Below the pieces are notes generated by a model. That model did not search any database, had not been told where the DNA came from, and saw only the letters and a list, made by a program, of their open reading frames with translations. From an uncultured Acidobacteriota bacterium (lineage in GTDB: Bacteria; Acidobacteriota; Thermoanaerobaculia; Multivoradales; JAHEKO01), in the NCBI GenBank assembly GCA_963713825.1, contig CAVQNG010000014.1, forward strand, positions 224,001 to 288,000: 64,000 nucleotides of DNA. Reading direction: 5' to 3'. The translations under genes and the position numbers were made by a program. Positions 20,185 to 29,414 of the stretch are shown here, in pieces; the first letter of the stretch is position 1; every line of letters starts with the position of its first letter.

Positions 20185-21420
20185 ATGACAGGGCTCGAAA
20201 TCGGAGCACTGGCCTGTCTGGCCTTTTGGGTTGGTCTGTCTCTGGATCGATCGCGAGCCTGGCCTCGGGAATCGCGGTTTCCAGAGTGCGAAAAGAGTGC
20301 AAGCCGAAGACGCAGTGGCCCGGTTTGTGCGTTAATACCGGCTCGCGACGAGGAGAAGACCCTGGCGCGAACCCTACGCTCGCTTCTGCAGCAAGATGCC
20401 GTGGATCTGGTTGTGGTCGCCAATGATGGCTCCCAGGACTCGACTGCTGAAGTGGTGGATCGGGTTGCCGAAGAGTCGGTGCGGGGACCGGCCCTGCGTC
20501 GAATCGAGGTGCCGCCTCCGCCAGCAGGTTGGTCCGGCAAGGTGCATGCCCTCGCCTACTCGACGGCGCGCATACTCGAAGACGAAGCGTTGATGGGCGC
20601 CAAAGATGGTTGGTGGCTGTTCGGTGATGCGGATATCGAGCAGGCCCCGAGCACGGTTCGGGCCTTACTGGCGATCGCCGAGTCCAGGGAGGCGGGCGGC
20701 CCATACGATCTCGTCTCCGTGATGGCGCGGTTGCACACCACCAGCTTCTGGGAACGGTTGCTGATCCCGCCGTTTGTCTTCTTCTTCCAGTTGCTATATC
20801 CCTTTCGGCGAGTTTGCAATGCCAGATCCGCAGTGGCCGCGGCGGCCGGGGGCTGTATTCTGGTTCGCCGAACTGCTTACGAGCAGGTCGGGGGGCACGC
20901 TGCGATTCGCGATGCGCTCATCGATGACGTAGCACTCGCCCGTCTGATCAAGACCAGTGGCGGCAGGGTCTGGCTGGGTCTCGATGAGAACGTCCGCTCG
21001 ATCCGGCCCTATTGCGGGCTCTCGGAACTCTGGCGCATGGTATCTCGAAGCGCCTTTGTCCAGCTGCGGTACCGCTACGACTTGTTGGCTCTCGTCATTC
21101 TGGGCCTGGCGGTGTTTGTGGTGGCACCACCCCTGCTGATCGTTGCCGGTGGCGCTTCGGCCGCGACTGGGGCAGTGTCGGTCCCTGCCGGTCTACGGAT
21201 CATGATCTGGGCTGGCGCCGCGTGGCTGCTACAGGTCCTATCCCTCCTGCCCTCTGTGCGGCATCACCGCGTTGCCTCGGTTTTTGGTTTCACCTTGCCG
21301 GTAGCCGGGGCGTTGTACGGCCTTATGACGCTGTCCTCGGCGTGGAGTCACCTGTCCGGCCGGGGACCACGCTGGAAGGGACGCTCTTACCCAGACCGCC
21401 AAGGTAAGCCTGGCGACTAA
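20185..21420 (+). CDS. GT2 glycosyltransferase, HpnB-like (hopanoid-associated family)
   Basis: IPARDE, NDGSQDST, GWSGKVHAL, DAD, AAAAGGC, IDDVALA, WRMVSRSAF, C-terminal TMs, WKGR. Confidence 0.8.
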   Translation: MTGLEIGALACLAFWVGLSLDRSRAWPRESRFPECEKSASRRRSGPVCALIPARDEEKTLARTLRSLLQQDAVDLVVVANDGSQDSTAEVVDRVAEESVRGPALRRIEVPPPPAGWSGKVHALAYSTARILEDEALMGAKDGWWLFGDADIEQAPSTVRALLAIAESREAGGPYDLVSVMARLHTTSFWERLLIPPFVFFFQLLYPFRRVCNARSAVAAAAGGCILVRRTAYEQVGGHAAIRDALIDDVALARLIKTSGGRVWLGLDENVRSIRPYCGLSELWRMVSRSAFVQLRYRYDLLALVILGLAVFVVAPPLLIVAGGASAATGAVSVPAGLRIMIWAGAAWLLQVLSLLPSVRHHRVASVFGFTLPVAGALYGLMTLSSAWSHLSGRGPRWKGRSYPDRQGKPGD

Positions 21421-21660
21421 AGGCCCCTGTTGAGAAGGGCGATGGCGAGCCCTGCTAGAGCGAGACCTCCGCCGAGCCACTCCAATGGGGACATCCGAAG
21501 GGTGAAGGTGGTACAAGAGCCAGCTGGCAGCCTCTCACACGCCTCGCGCACTGCTTTGATCTGTCCCTCTTCATCTGCCACTTCCAGCAGGTTGACCCCG
21601 AGCAGCAGCTCGGCGGCCCGATTGCAATGAGTGTGGCTGTCGATGAACCCTGGCCGGAGA
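21417..21660 (-). pseudogene. Chimeric relic: YtcJ/Amidohydro_3 fragment joined to EamA/DMT-like C-terminal helix
   Basis: PGFIDSHTH...LLLGVNLL...RLPAGS followed in frame by RMSPLEWLGGGLALAGLAIAL; no credible start, far too short for either family. Confidence 0.55.
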
Positions 21661-21669
21661 TGAGCGAGA

Positions 21670-22392
21670 TCAACCGCGATCGATAGCGTCGTTCGAGAGC
21701 CGGAAGATGAGAGTGGTCCTGCCGGCGGTGATCTGATCACCGGCCAGTAGCTGGCTATAGCGCACGGGACTGTTGTTCAGAAATGTCCCATTGCGGCTCT
21801 CCAGATCCCTGACGAAAAACTCCGACCCGAAGGCCTCGATTTGAAAGTGAGTCGCGGAGACCGAAGGGTCGGCGAGGTTGACGTCGGCCTCTTTGCGGCC
21901 GAACGAGGTCCTGGCGCGGACGATCGGTCGTTGTTCCTCTCCTGGACGGGCACCGAGAATCAAGATATACGGTTGGGTTTCGAGATCCAGGAAAGGTGAA
22001 GGTAGATCGGCCTTCTCCGGGATCAGCTCGGTGCCCGTCATCGATGAGATCGTCTCCTGAGACTCAGCGAGGTTCGGGCTCGGTTCCAATTCGTCCATGA
22101 TCGCGTTCATCATCAGTGCCGGTTGGAACACCGTGTCAGCCGGGTTCGAGCGGTCGGCAGAGCCGCCCTGCGGAGACGGAGTTGGCGTCTTCTGCTCGAC
22201 TGTGATCGCGATCTCATCGGTCAGATGGGTGTCGCTCCGATCGGCGCCGTCATCCAGCCCATGATTGGAGGGCGAAGACGAGGGAGTGGACTTGTGAGCT
22301 GCGGAGCCGCAGATCGGACATTTCCACTCCGATCGAGGGTCGTCATCGTCCGCTGAGAAGGGATAGCCGCAAGTGTCGCAGGTGATGTCCAT
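21670..22392 (-). CDS. Zinc-ribbon + FHA domain protein
   Basis: CDTC...CPIC; FGR, VSATH, DLESRNGTFLN. Confidence 0.85.
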   Translation of the reverse strand: MDITCDTCGYPFSADDDDPRSEWKCPICGSAAHKSTPSSSPSNHGLDDGADRSDTHLTDEIAITVEQKTPTPSPQGGSADRSNPADTVFQPALMMNAIMDELEPSPNLAESQETISSMTGTELIPEKADLPSPFLDLETQPYILILGARPGEEQRPIVRARTSFGRKEADVNLADPSVSATHFQIEAFGSEFFVRDLESRNGTFLNNSPVRYSQLLAGDQITAGRTTLIFRLSNDAIDRG

Positions 22393-22398
22393 GATTCC

Positions 22399-24264
22399 CT
22401 ACTCCTTCCAACGAAGTCTCAGATCGCTGGTCTTGCGATTCAGCGTCACCTTCAAGACTCGCTGTGCACCGGCAGTGAAGTGGCTACGAATGCTGCGTGC
22501 AGTCTCGATCTCTTGAGCCGGCACGGAGACCCGTACCTCGAGAGAGTGTTGCCCCTCGGGTACTGGAATGATCGCCATGACATCCTTGCCCTTGGCCCAG
22601 GCAATAGGGTTGATCGGGCGCTTGAGGGGCTCGGACCAAACAACGTCTCCATCGAGCAGTACCGATAGATGAGCCTTTTCGTTCTTGTGACGATAGTGGA
22701 GCTCGACCACCGATACGGCAGGGGCACCTGACGCAGAAAGCGTCTGAGGTATTGCCGTTGTGATGGGCTGCGCTTCTTTCGCCGCAGGTTCACTCAGCGG
22801 CTGACTGAACAGGGTGACGGATCGATCGCCTGGTTCCTCGGCCTCGTACTCGATCGGCTCGGGCTCCACCGACCGCGGGGGCTGTCGGGCCGGGGCTGTC
22901 GAGGCGGACTGCCTGTCTGTTGCTGTAGCCTTCGGTGCTACGGGCTCTGGTACGCGACTCTCGCTAGGTGGGGATTCGGGCAACTCCTCCACGGTCTCGG
23001 TAGCTGCAACTCTCTCAGCCCGGAACCGGGTAGCGAAGTCCGGCACGTCAACGGCGTTTGTCATGTCGCTGGCGGCGGTTTGTCGCTGATTCATGGCCTG
23101 AAGGCCGAACCATGCGAGGCCTGCCACGAGTCCCAGCCCGACCGCTGAAAGAACCAAGCGCGAGAGCCAACGTCGGGGTGCGGGAAGGGGTTCGGCCGCC
23201 TCATGAGGCTCGATCCTGGCGGTTGCGTGAACGGATTCGACCTGCCGGGTGACCGGCGGCGAGCTTTCGGGATCGGCCGCTCCAAGTCGCAGAGTCTGCG
23301 AGTAGGCCACACTGGAACGGCTTCCAACGAGAGCATCAGCCGGCCTGGGGAATTGCAGGATCTCTCTCGACTGAGTACGGACTTCCGGTGCTGCCGCCTC
23401 GAGGTCATCGGAGGACTCGACTTGCAGAAGCGCCTGAATATCGGTCAGGGCCTGGGCAAACTCTTCTCCGGTCTGATAGCGGCTCCCGGCATCCTTTTGG
23501 AGGGCTCGCTCTGCTATGGCCACGAGTTGCTTGGTGGCTGGCGTGTTGGGTAACTGCATGGGGCGGGGATCGACCTTCAGGATCTTGTAGACCACCTGAA
23601 CGAGTGAATCCCCTGGGAACGGCAGGTCTCCAGTCAGGCACTGATAGAGAACGGCGCCCAGTGAAAAGAGGTCGGAGCGGCCATCGAGAGGCTCGTCCCG
23701 CACCTGCTCGGGGGACATATAGGCCGGCGTGCCGAGAACATGACCCGAGGTCGTGTGAGTTTCCGTCATGATCTTCGCAACACCAAAATCGGAAACTTTC
23801 GGACGGCCCTCCTTCTCGATCAGGATGTTCGACGGCTTGATGTCTCGGTGTACGCGGCCCTTGGAATGAGCGTAGTCCAGGGCCCGCGCGACCTTGGCGA
23901 GGATTTCCATCGTACGGCCGCCGGACAGCCTTCCTTTCTCTTCGAGGTGGCTGCGCAAGGACCTTCCCTGGACCCATTCCATGGCAATGTAGGGGAGGCC
24001 GGTCTTCTCGTCGCTGGCCGCGTCGTAGACCCGGACGATACCGGGATGCGACAGCTTGCCGACGGCCCTTGCTTCGAGCAGGAACCGGTTCTCGAGCTCC
24101 GTCTGCTCACGGGTGTCGAGGGTCCAACCCTTGAGTACGACTTTGAGTGCAATCTGTCGATCCAGGTTGGGATCGTGCGCCAGGTAGACACGACTCATCG
24201 CCCCAGCGCCGAGCTCGCCGACGATCTCGTACCTGCCAATTCGCTCCAGTAGCTCTACTTGCAC
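22399..24264 (-). CDS. Hanks-type Ser/Thr protein kinase, single TM, extracytoplasmic C-terminal beta domain
   Basis: LGAGAMSRV, ALK, HRDIKPSN, DFGVAK, GTPAYMSPEQ, DLFSLG; GTG 24264 with GAGGAG. Confidence 0.92.
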   Translation of the reverse strand: MQVELLERIGRYEIVGELGAGAMSRVYLAHDPNLDRQIALKVVLKGWTLDTREQTELENRFLLEARAVGKLSHPGIVRVYDAASDEKTGLPYIAMEWVQGRSLRSHLEEKGRLSGGRTMEILAKVARALDYAHSKGRVHRDIKPSNILIEKEGRPKVSDFGVAKIMTETHTTSGHVLGTPAYMSPEQVRDEPLDGRSDLFSLGAVLYQCLTGDLPFPGDSLVQVVYKILKVDPRPMQLPNTPATKQLVAIAERALQKDAGSRYQTGEEFAQALTDIQALLQVESSDDLEAAAPEVRTQSREILQFPRPADALVGSRSSVAYSQTLRLGAADPESSPPVTRQVESVHATARIEPHEAAEPLPAPRRWLSRLVLSAVGLGLVAGLAWFGLQAMNQRQTAASDMTNAVDVPDFATRFRAERVAATETVEELPESPPSESRVPEPVAPKATATDRQSASTAPARQPPRSVEPEPIEYEAEEPGDRSVTLFSQPLSEPAAKEAQPITTAIPQTLSASGAPAVSVVELHYRHKNEKAHLSVLLDGDVVWSEPLKRPINPIAWAKGKDVMAIIPVPEGQHSLEVRVSVPAQEIETARSIRSHFTAGAQRVLKVTLNRKTSDLRLRWKE

Positions 24265-24406
24265 TCGATCTCCTCGAGACCACTGTCTCGGCTGGAGACA
24301 GGATCGTGAACCACCCGACGTCTTCACGGTAAGGGGTTTTGTCAATTCCCATCAAGGGAATCTGCCACAGAGGGCGACTTCTGGAGATACGGAAAACGGG
24401 GATGAC

Positions 24407-25045
24407 TCAGGGTGCAGAGCGCGAGGCGACTCGAAAAATGACGCAGAACCGATCGGGGTCGTCGTTCCAATCGTCGTGGCGCGCCACCAGTTGGAATCCT
24501 CGCTCACCCATCTCTTCGATCAGTTGCTCAGGGGGAATGCCATGTCCGCCGCGATCAGGGACTCCCTTGAGGGTTCTCCAATGCTGCTGGGGGGTAATGT
24601 CGATCACGGCCAGGTGCCCGCCGGGCAGCAGCGCACTTCTGAGACTGGCAAGCATGGAGATCGGGTCGACGAAGTGATGATAGACCAAGCGGAGCAGGAT
24701 GGCGTCGCAACAGGCCTCTGGCAGGCCTGAATCCTCTTGATTGCCGGCCACGACCGTGATGTTGGAGAGCCCAGACTGCTCGACCTTCCTCTCGATGGTC
24801 CGGAGCTCGTTGTTGGCAACTTCGGTAGCGAAGATTCGGCCCTCTGGCCCAACGAGCCGGGCAATGGCAAGGCTCCATTCGCCGTCACCCGCTCCGACGT
24901 CGGCCACCTTCATACCCGATTCGATGGGCAGGACCTCGGCGATCTTGTCGACTTCACTCGCCGCGGCGCGGTCGGCCAGGCAACCGATCAGCAGCAGAGC
25001 TGGAAGGAGTCCTGTTGTTGTCAGGACCTCGATGGCGCGTCGCAT
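24407..25045 (-). CDS. Exported class I SAM-dependent methyltransferase
   Basis: Hydrophobic N-terminus; VADVGAGDG, VYHH, LLPGGHLAVID. Confidence 0.82.
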   Translation of the reverse strand: MRRAIEVLTTTGLLPALLLIGCLADRAAASEVDKIAEVLPIESGMKVADVGAGDGEWSLAIARLVGPEGRIFATEVANNELRTIERKVEQSGLSNITVVAGNQEDSGLPEACCDAILLRLVYHHFVDPISMLASLRSALLPGGHLAVIDITPQQHWRTLKGVPDRGGHGIPPEQLIEEMGERGFQLVARHDDWNDDPDRFCVIFRVASRSAP

Positions 25046-25092
25046 GCTGCACCATGATACGCGCCGCGGGCAGAAAAGATTCGTCGCAGGGA

Positions 25093-25133
25093 AATTGAAA
25101 GAGTGCCAGAGTGCCCGCCGGCACTCTGGCACT
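25093..25133 (-). terminator. Rho-independent terminator after ompA-family gene
   Basis: 14-bp perfect inverted repeat AGTGCCAGAGTGCC / GGCACTCTGGCACT (25102-25133), followed on minus strand by CTTTCAATTT. Confidence 0.7.
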
Positions 25134-25163
25134 GCGCTGCAAGTCGGAATCGACCGCGGCAGC

Positions 25164-25787
25164 CTACTGCAGGACGACCAACGTGACACGTCGGTTCATG
25201 GCCCTGCCGTCGGGGCTGTCGTTGTCCGCGATCGGAGCGGTCTTGCCGTAGGAGATCACGGACATGCGATGCAGGGCGAGGCCCCCCGACTGACTCAGGT
25301 ATCGACGGACGGCTTCCGCGCGACGCTCACCGAGAACCATGTTGTAGGCGTCGTCACCCACGGAGTCGGTATGTCCTTGAATCTCGATAAAGACGTTCTC
25401 GTCTCTCGCCCTGAGCTCGCTGACGAACTGGTCGAGAGCAGCCATGCCCTCCGGGGAGAGCGTTGACTCGTTGAAGCCGAACCGGACCTTGTCGTCGGAG
25501 AGGACTGTCTCGTAGAGGAATTTGCCCTCGGCCAATAGACCTGCGGCGAGCGCGCGGTCCAGGGCCTCCTGAGCCGTTTGGGAGATCTGGGTCATCTCCT
25601 CTTCCTGGATGTCCAGTCGGGTTTGGTTCTCCTCTACCTGACCCTCGATACCGTCCATTCTCTCGGTCGATGTGGCGGTATGAGAATCGAGCTCGGTCCT
25701 TACGTATTTCTTGCTGGCGCAGCCCCCTGCTACCAGCGCCGTCAATAGAACGGCCATCAATGTCGAGCGTTTCCAGTTGTCGTTCAC
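25164..25787 (-). CDS. OmpA-family peptidoglycan-binding lipoprotein with coiled coil
   Basis: Lipobox-like VAGGC; IQGHTDSVG, YNMVLGERRAEAV, SYGKTAP, NRRV; AAGGAG + GTG. Confidence 0.9.
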   Translation of the reverse strand: MNDNWKRSTLMAVLLTALVAGGCASKKYVRTELDSHTATSTERMDGIEGQVEENQTRLDIQEEEMTQISQTAQEALDRALAAGLLAEGKFLYETVLSDDKVRFGFNESTLSPEGMAALDQFVSELRARDENVFIEIQGHTDSVGDDAYNMVLGERRAEAVRRYLSQSGGLALHRMSVISYGKTAPIADNDSPDGRAMNRRVTLVVLQ

Positions 25788-25812
25788 GACAGTTCTCCTT
25801 GCGATCCGTTGG

Positions 25813-26253
25813 CTAGCTCTTCGCGGCAGCGGCCTGCTTTCCACTCCTCGGCTGCATATCGATATTGCCGCGAAAGTTGGCTCCTTCCTCGAGCACCACC
25901 CGGGGTGCGACGGCGTTGCCCTCGACACGACCCGATTGGCGCACGACCACCTTCTCTTCACCGTAGAGATTGCCGGTGACCTGGCCCTCTACGTAGACGA
26001 CCTTGCAATGAATATCGGCCTTGACTCGGCCCTTCGAGCCGATGGTCACGGTATTCTGGCCGAAGGAGATCTCGCCATCGATCTGTCCCTCGATCAGCAC
26101 GTCCTCGTCACCCGACACATTGCCCTTGATCGAGATCGAGGGTCCCAGCACCGCCTGGCGCGATGGAGTTCCTCCGACAGGGCGGCTGGGGGGAGAGGCT
26201 TGAGGCTCGGGCTGGGACTGTGGTTCTGAATCGGACTGGGGTTTGTTCCACAC
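25813..26253 (-). CDS. Bactofilin (polymer-forming cytoskeletal protein)
   Basis: LGPSISIKGNVSG, IEGQIDG, VKADI, GQVTGNL, VEGNA.APRVVLEEGANFRGNIDM; AGGAGG RBS. Confidence 0.92.
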   Translation of the reverse strand: MWNKPQSDSEPQSQPEPQASPPSRPVGGTPSRQAVLGPSISIKGNVSGDEDVLIEGQIDGEISFGQNTVTIGSKGRVKADIHCKVVYVEGQVTGNLYGEEKVVVRQSGRVEGNAVAPRVVLEEGANFRGNIDMQPRSGKQAAAAKS

Positions 26254-26319
26254 CTTGTTTCTTCCTCCTGAGACGGGTTGATTGAGTACAGTTCTCCCGG
26301 TTGTGGAGCCTACCCTAAC

Positions 26320-26336
26320 AGCAACCCTCGTGCCAA
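26320..26336 (-). promoter_or_regulatory. Sigma54 (-24/-12) promoter for bactofilin-ompA
   Basis: Minus strand TTGGCACGAGGGTTGCT = TGGCAC-N5-TTGC, 67 nt upstream of bactofilin start. Confidence 0.85.
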
Positions 26337-26364
26337 CAGGAGTGGTGAGGCCTATCTCTCTTTA

Positions 26365-26377
26365 AATCAGGTACTTA
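26365..26377. promoter_or_regulatory. IHF-like binding site
   Basis: AATCAGGTACTTA vs WATCAANNNNTTR (1 mismatch), between enhancer and sigma54 box. Confidence 0.55.
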
Positions 26378-26420
26378 GGTCGAAGGAAGGACTGCATCGC
26401 AGGGTCAGGGGTCGAAGGTA

Positions 26421-26485
26421 AAGGGAATTCTTCCCCTTTTCTCGAAGCGATGGCGATTTGAGCTCTCCAGAAGGGAATTTTTCCC
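26421..26485. promoter_or_regulatory. Paired palindromic upstream activator sites GGGAA-N3-TTCCC
   Basis: AAGGGAATTCTTCCC (26421-26435) and AAGGGAATTTTTCCC (26471-26485), 14/15 identical, 50 bp apart. Confidence 0.65.
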
Positions 26486-26567
26486 TGGTAGACTGGCGGT
26501 TCAATCGGCCGCCGACTCAGCAAGGGTTGCCGCACCGGAGACTGAGGCGATCCCAAGGGAGACTTCA

Positions 26568-27941
26568 ATGATCGAGGACAGAATGAAGGTGTTAGTGGTC
26601 GATGACGAGGCGGCGATGCGCGAGGTTCTCGAGATGCGCCTCAAGCAGTGGGGGTTCGAAGTCGTGGTTGCCGAGAACGCAGCCGAGGCCATGGCGCTCG
26701 CGACTGAGGAGAACCCGGACGCGGTCATCTCGGATCTGGTACTCCCGGATAGCTCGGGTCTCGACCTGGTTCAGAACCTACAGGCCGGTGAGGTGCACCG
26801 GCCCGTCATCATGATTACGGCCCATGGCGCAGTGGACATCGCGGTCGAAGCGATGAAGCTCGGAGCGATGGACTTTCTGACCAAGCCCATCGATTACGAG
26901 AAGCTCAAGGCGACGCTGTTCGCTGCCAAACACGAACTGGAAAGGCGGCACCGGGCCCATCACCTCGAACAGACCCTGGCCGAGGGTGGCGGGCTGGGGT
27001 TGCTGGTCGGGGCCTCGAAGCCGATGCGCGAGGTCTACGATCTACTGAAAGTCCTGGCAAAGAGCGATGCCTCTGCGATCATCACAGGGGAGAGTGGCAC
27101 AGGCAAGGAGTTGGCGGCTCGGACTGTTCACGACCTCAGTGGCCGCAGGTCCGGCCCCTTCATCGCGGTCAACACGGCAGCGATCCCGGAGGGGATTACG
27201 GAGAGTGAGCTTTTTGGCCATGAGAGGGGCGCTTTCACTGGGGCGTCGAGTCCTCGCCCTGGATACTTCGAGTTGGCGGATCAGGGCACCCTGTTCCTGG
27301 ACGAAATCTCTGAGATGCCAGGGGCTCTGCAACCCAAGCTGCTACGAGTGCTGGAGGATGGCAGGGTTCGGCGCGTCGGCGGCAAGAGCGAACGGCGCGT
27401 CGACGTCAGAATCCTCGCCGCCACGAATCGGGATCCGGATTCGGCGCTGGACGCTGGTGTGCTGCGTGGCGATCTCTACTACCGACTGTGCGTCTTTACC
27501 ATTGAGATGCCGCCTCTGAGGACGAGGCCTGAAGACATCTCCCTTTTGACCCAGCACTTCATCAGCCTCGGCAACGCCAAGCACGGAACGGCGGTGGAGG
27601 GTATCTCCGAGGCGACGCTGGATCGACTGGGGGCCTACGATTGGCCCGGCAACGTCCGGGAGCTGCGCAACGTCGTCGAGCGGGGCATCATCCTGGCTCG
27701 GCAGGGTTGGATCGAAACGGTTCACCTGCCACCGTTCATCCGCGGCGGCGAGATCGAGAATCGGGCCGGTCTGGTGCTGCCCGAAGGTGTGACGGTGGCG
27801 GCGGCTGAGAAGATGCTCATTCTTCAGACGCTGGAGAGCGTCGGCAACAACAAGGCCAAGGCCGCCCGTTCGCTGGGAGTCGATGTCAAGACCATCCGCA
27901 ACAAGCTGCGCGCCTGGGGCATGACCGGAAGGGACGAATGA
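26568..27941 (+). CDS. Sigma54-dependent response regulator (REC-AAA-HTH)
   Basis: VVDDE, GESGTGKE, GAFTGA, LFLDEI, DLYYRL, WPGNVREL, Fis-type HTH. Confidence 0.95.
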   Translation: MIEDRMKVLVVDDEAAMREVLEMRLKQWGFEVVVAENAAEAMALATEENPDAVISDLVLPDSSGLDLVQNLQAGEVHRPVIMITAHGAVDIAVEAMKLGAMDFLTKPIDYEKLKATLFAAKHELERRHRAHHLEQTLAEGGGLGLLVGASKPMREVYDLLKVLAKSDASAIITGESGTGKELAARTVHDLSGRRSGPFIAVNTAAIPEGITESELFGHERGAFTGASSPRPGYFELADQGTLFLDEISEMPGALQPKLLRVLEDGRVRRVGGKSERRVDVRILAATNRDPDSALDAGVLRGDLYYRLCVFTIEMPPLRTRPEDISLLTQHFISLGNAKHGTAVEGISEATLDRLGAYDWPGNVRELRNVVERGIILARQGWIETVHLPPFIRGGEIENRAGLVLPEGVTVAAAEKMLILQTLESVGNNKAKAARSLGVDVKTIRNKLRAWGMTGRDE

Positions 27942-29401
27942 AGGTCACCGCCAGACTGGCCACTGGAACGGGGATCGCCGTGATGCTGCTGTTGGGAGTA
28001 TTGGCGTGGGACCTGGCAACCATTCGGCGACTTGCCACGGTGGCGCAGGAACTCTCCCAGGTCAGGCTTCGTGTATCGATTCTGGCTTTGGAGGAGGATC
28101 GACTCCTGAATCGCATGGACGAATTCACTCGCAAGTACTCGGTCACCGAAGACGAGGCCTACGACCAGCGATTGAGCGAGCTCCAAGAGGCTTTTGCAGG
28201 CCGTCTTGCGGAACTGTCGTCGCTCAGGCTCTCAGACGAGGAGCGCCAGGAAGTGGGGCGGCTCTCCAGCCTCTGGGCCAGGTATTGGAGATCAGCGAGG
28301 GCGTTCCAGGAATCGCCGGTGGCTGGGACTGTGGCCGATCGCGATCGCTTGGCAGACTTGCTGGTACGACTGGACGAGTTGCAGCGACAGGTACGACGCG
28401 TGGATGAGGTCGCACAGGGGAGAGTGTCGGAGGAAGCCAGGCGCGCGGCGATGGTCAGCCGGGAGGCGGAGCGCCTCTCCTGGGCCGTGGTTGGCGTGGC
28501 TCTGGTGGTCAGCCTGATCATTCTGTGGCTCACCGTGCGCTCGATTCAGCGACCGCTGAAACGCCTGGCAGGGGGGACGCGGGCAGTCGCCGAAGGGGAC
28601 TTCACCGTTCAGCTCGACAGCTCCGGCAAGGACGAGTTCGGCAGGTTGGCTCGGAGCTTCAACCAGATGGTGCATCGGCTCGCCGAGCTGGATCAGGTCA
28701 AAAAGGACTTCCTGTCGCACGTCTCCCATGAGTTGAAGACACCACTGGTTTCCATGCAAGAGACGATCGAGTTACTTCTCGAGGAGATTCCCGGTCCACT
28801 GAACGAGCGCCAGCAACGCTTCTTGACACTAAATCTGGAGAGCAGTCGGCGGCTTTCATCGATGATTGGCCGACTCTTGGATTTGTCGCGGTTGGAAGCC
28901 GGGGTGATGGAGTACGACTTTCAGAAGTACGACCTGGTAGAGATTGTGAGAGTTGCTGTGGGTGGCTTCGAGGCTCGCTCCAGGGAGGTGAATGTAAGTC
29001 TGGCATTGAATCTACCGACCCACCAGGTTGTCGTCGATTGCGACCACGACAGAATCATCCAGGTTGTCGCGAATCTGGTCGACAACGCTTTGAAGTTCTC
29101 TTCTTCAGGCGAGTCGGTGGAGGTGGTCGTGCATCCACTGCAGGCCGCTTACTCGGAGAGAGGGGCTGCATATGTGGAAGTCAAGGATCGGGGTCCCGGG
29201 GTGGCGGATGAGGAGAAGGAGCAGATCTTCGAGCGCTTCTATCAAGTGGCCAAAGGACCCGGTGAGGGAAGTGCCAGGGGAGTGGGCTTGGGTCTGGCCA
29301 TTTGTCGTGAGATCATCGGGGCTCACCGTGGTGAGATCAGCGTCAAAGACCGGCAGGAGAGGGGAAGCGTCTTTTCCTTCGCTCTGCCGGCTACGGAGTG
29401 A
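27938..29401 (+). CDS. HAMP sensor histidine kinase, GlrK/QseE-like
   Basis: 2 TM, HAMP, FLSHVSHELKTPL.SM.E..ELL.EEIPGPL, NALKF, DRGPG, GLGLAI; ATGA overlap with regulator. Confidence 0.9.
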   Translation: MKVTARLATGTGIAVMLLLGVLAWDLATIRRLATVAQELSQVRLRVSILALEEDRLLNRMDEFTRKYSVTEDEAYDQRLSELQEAFAGRLAELSSLRLSDEERQEVGRLSSLWARYWRSARAFQESPVAGTVADRDRLADLLVRLDELQRQVRRVDEVAQGRVSEEARRAAMVSREAERLSWAVVGVALVVSLIILWLTVRSIQRPLKRLAGGTRAVAEGDFTVQLDSSGKDEFGRLARSFNQMVHRLAELDQVKKDFLSHVSHELKTPLVSMQETIELLLEEIPGPLNERQQRFLTLNLESSRRLSSMIGRLLDLSRLEAGVMEYDFQKYDLVEIVRVAVGGFEARSREVNVSLALNLPTHQVVVDCDHDRIIQVVANLVDNALKFSSSGESVEVVVHPLQAAYSERGAAYVEVKDRGPGVADEEKEQIFERFYQVAKGPGEGSARGVGLGLAICREIIGAHRGEISVKDRQERGSVFSFALPATE

Positions 29402-29414
29402 TTGGGGGCGGGCG

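Noticed and set aside
19223-20704. 493-aa minus-strand ORF
   Set aside because: Spans the antisense of the GGDEF and GT2 genes; no domain signal.
20185-21420. Hopanoid biosynthesis cluster
   Set aside because: Only an HpnB-like glycosyltransferase is present; no shc or other hpn genes in the window.
25127-25142. TGGCAC...TGCA sigma54-like box
   Set aside because: GG-to-GC spacing is 9 rather than 10 nt, and it is part of the terminator stem.
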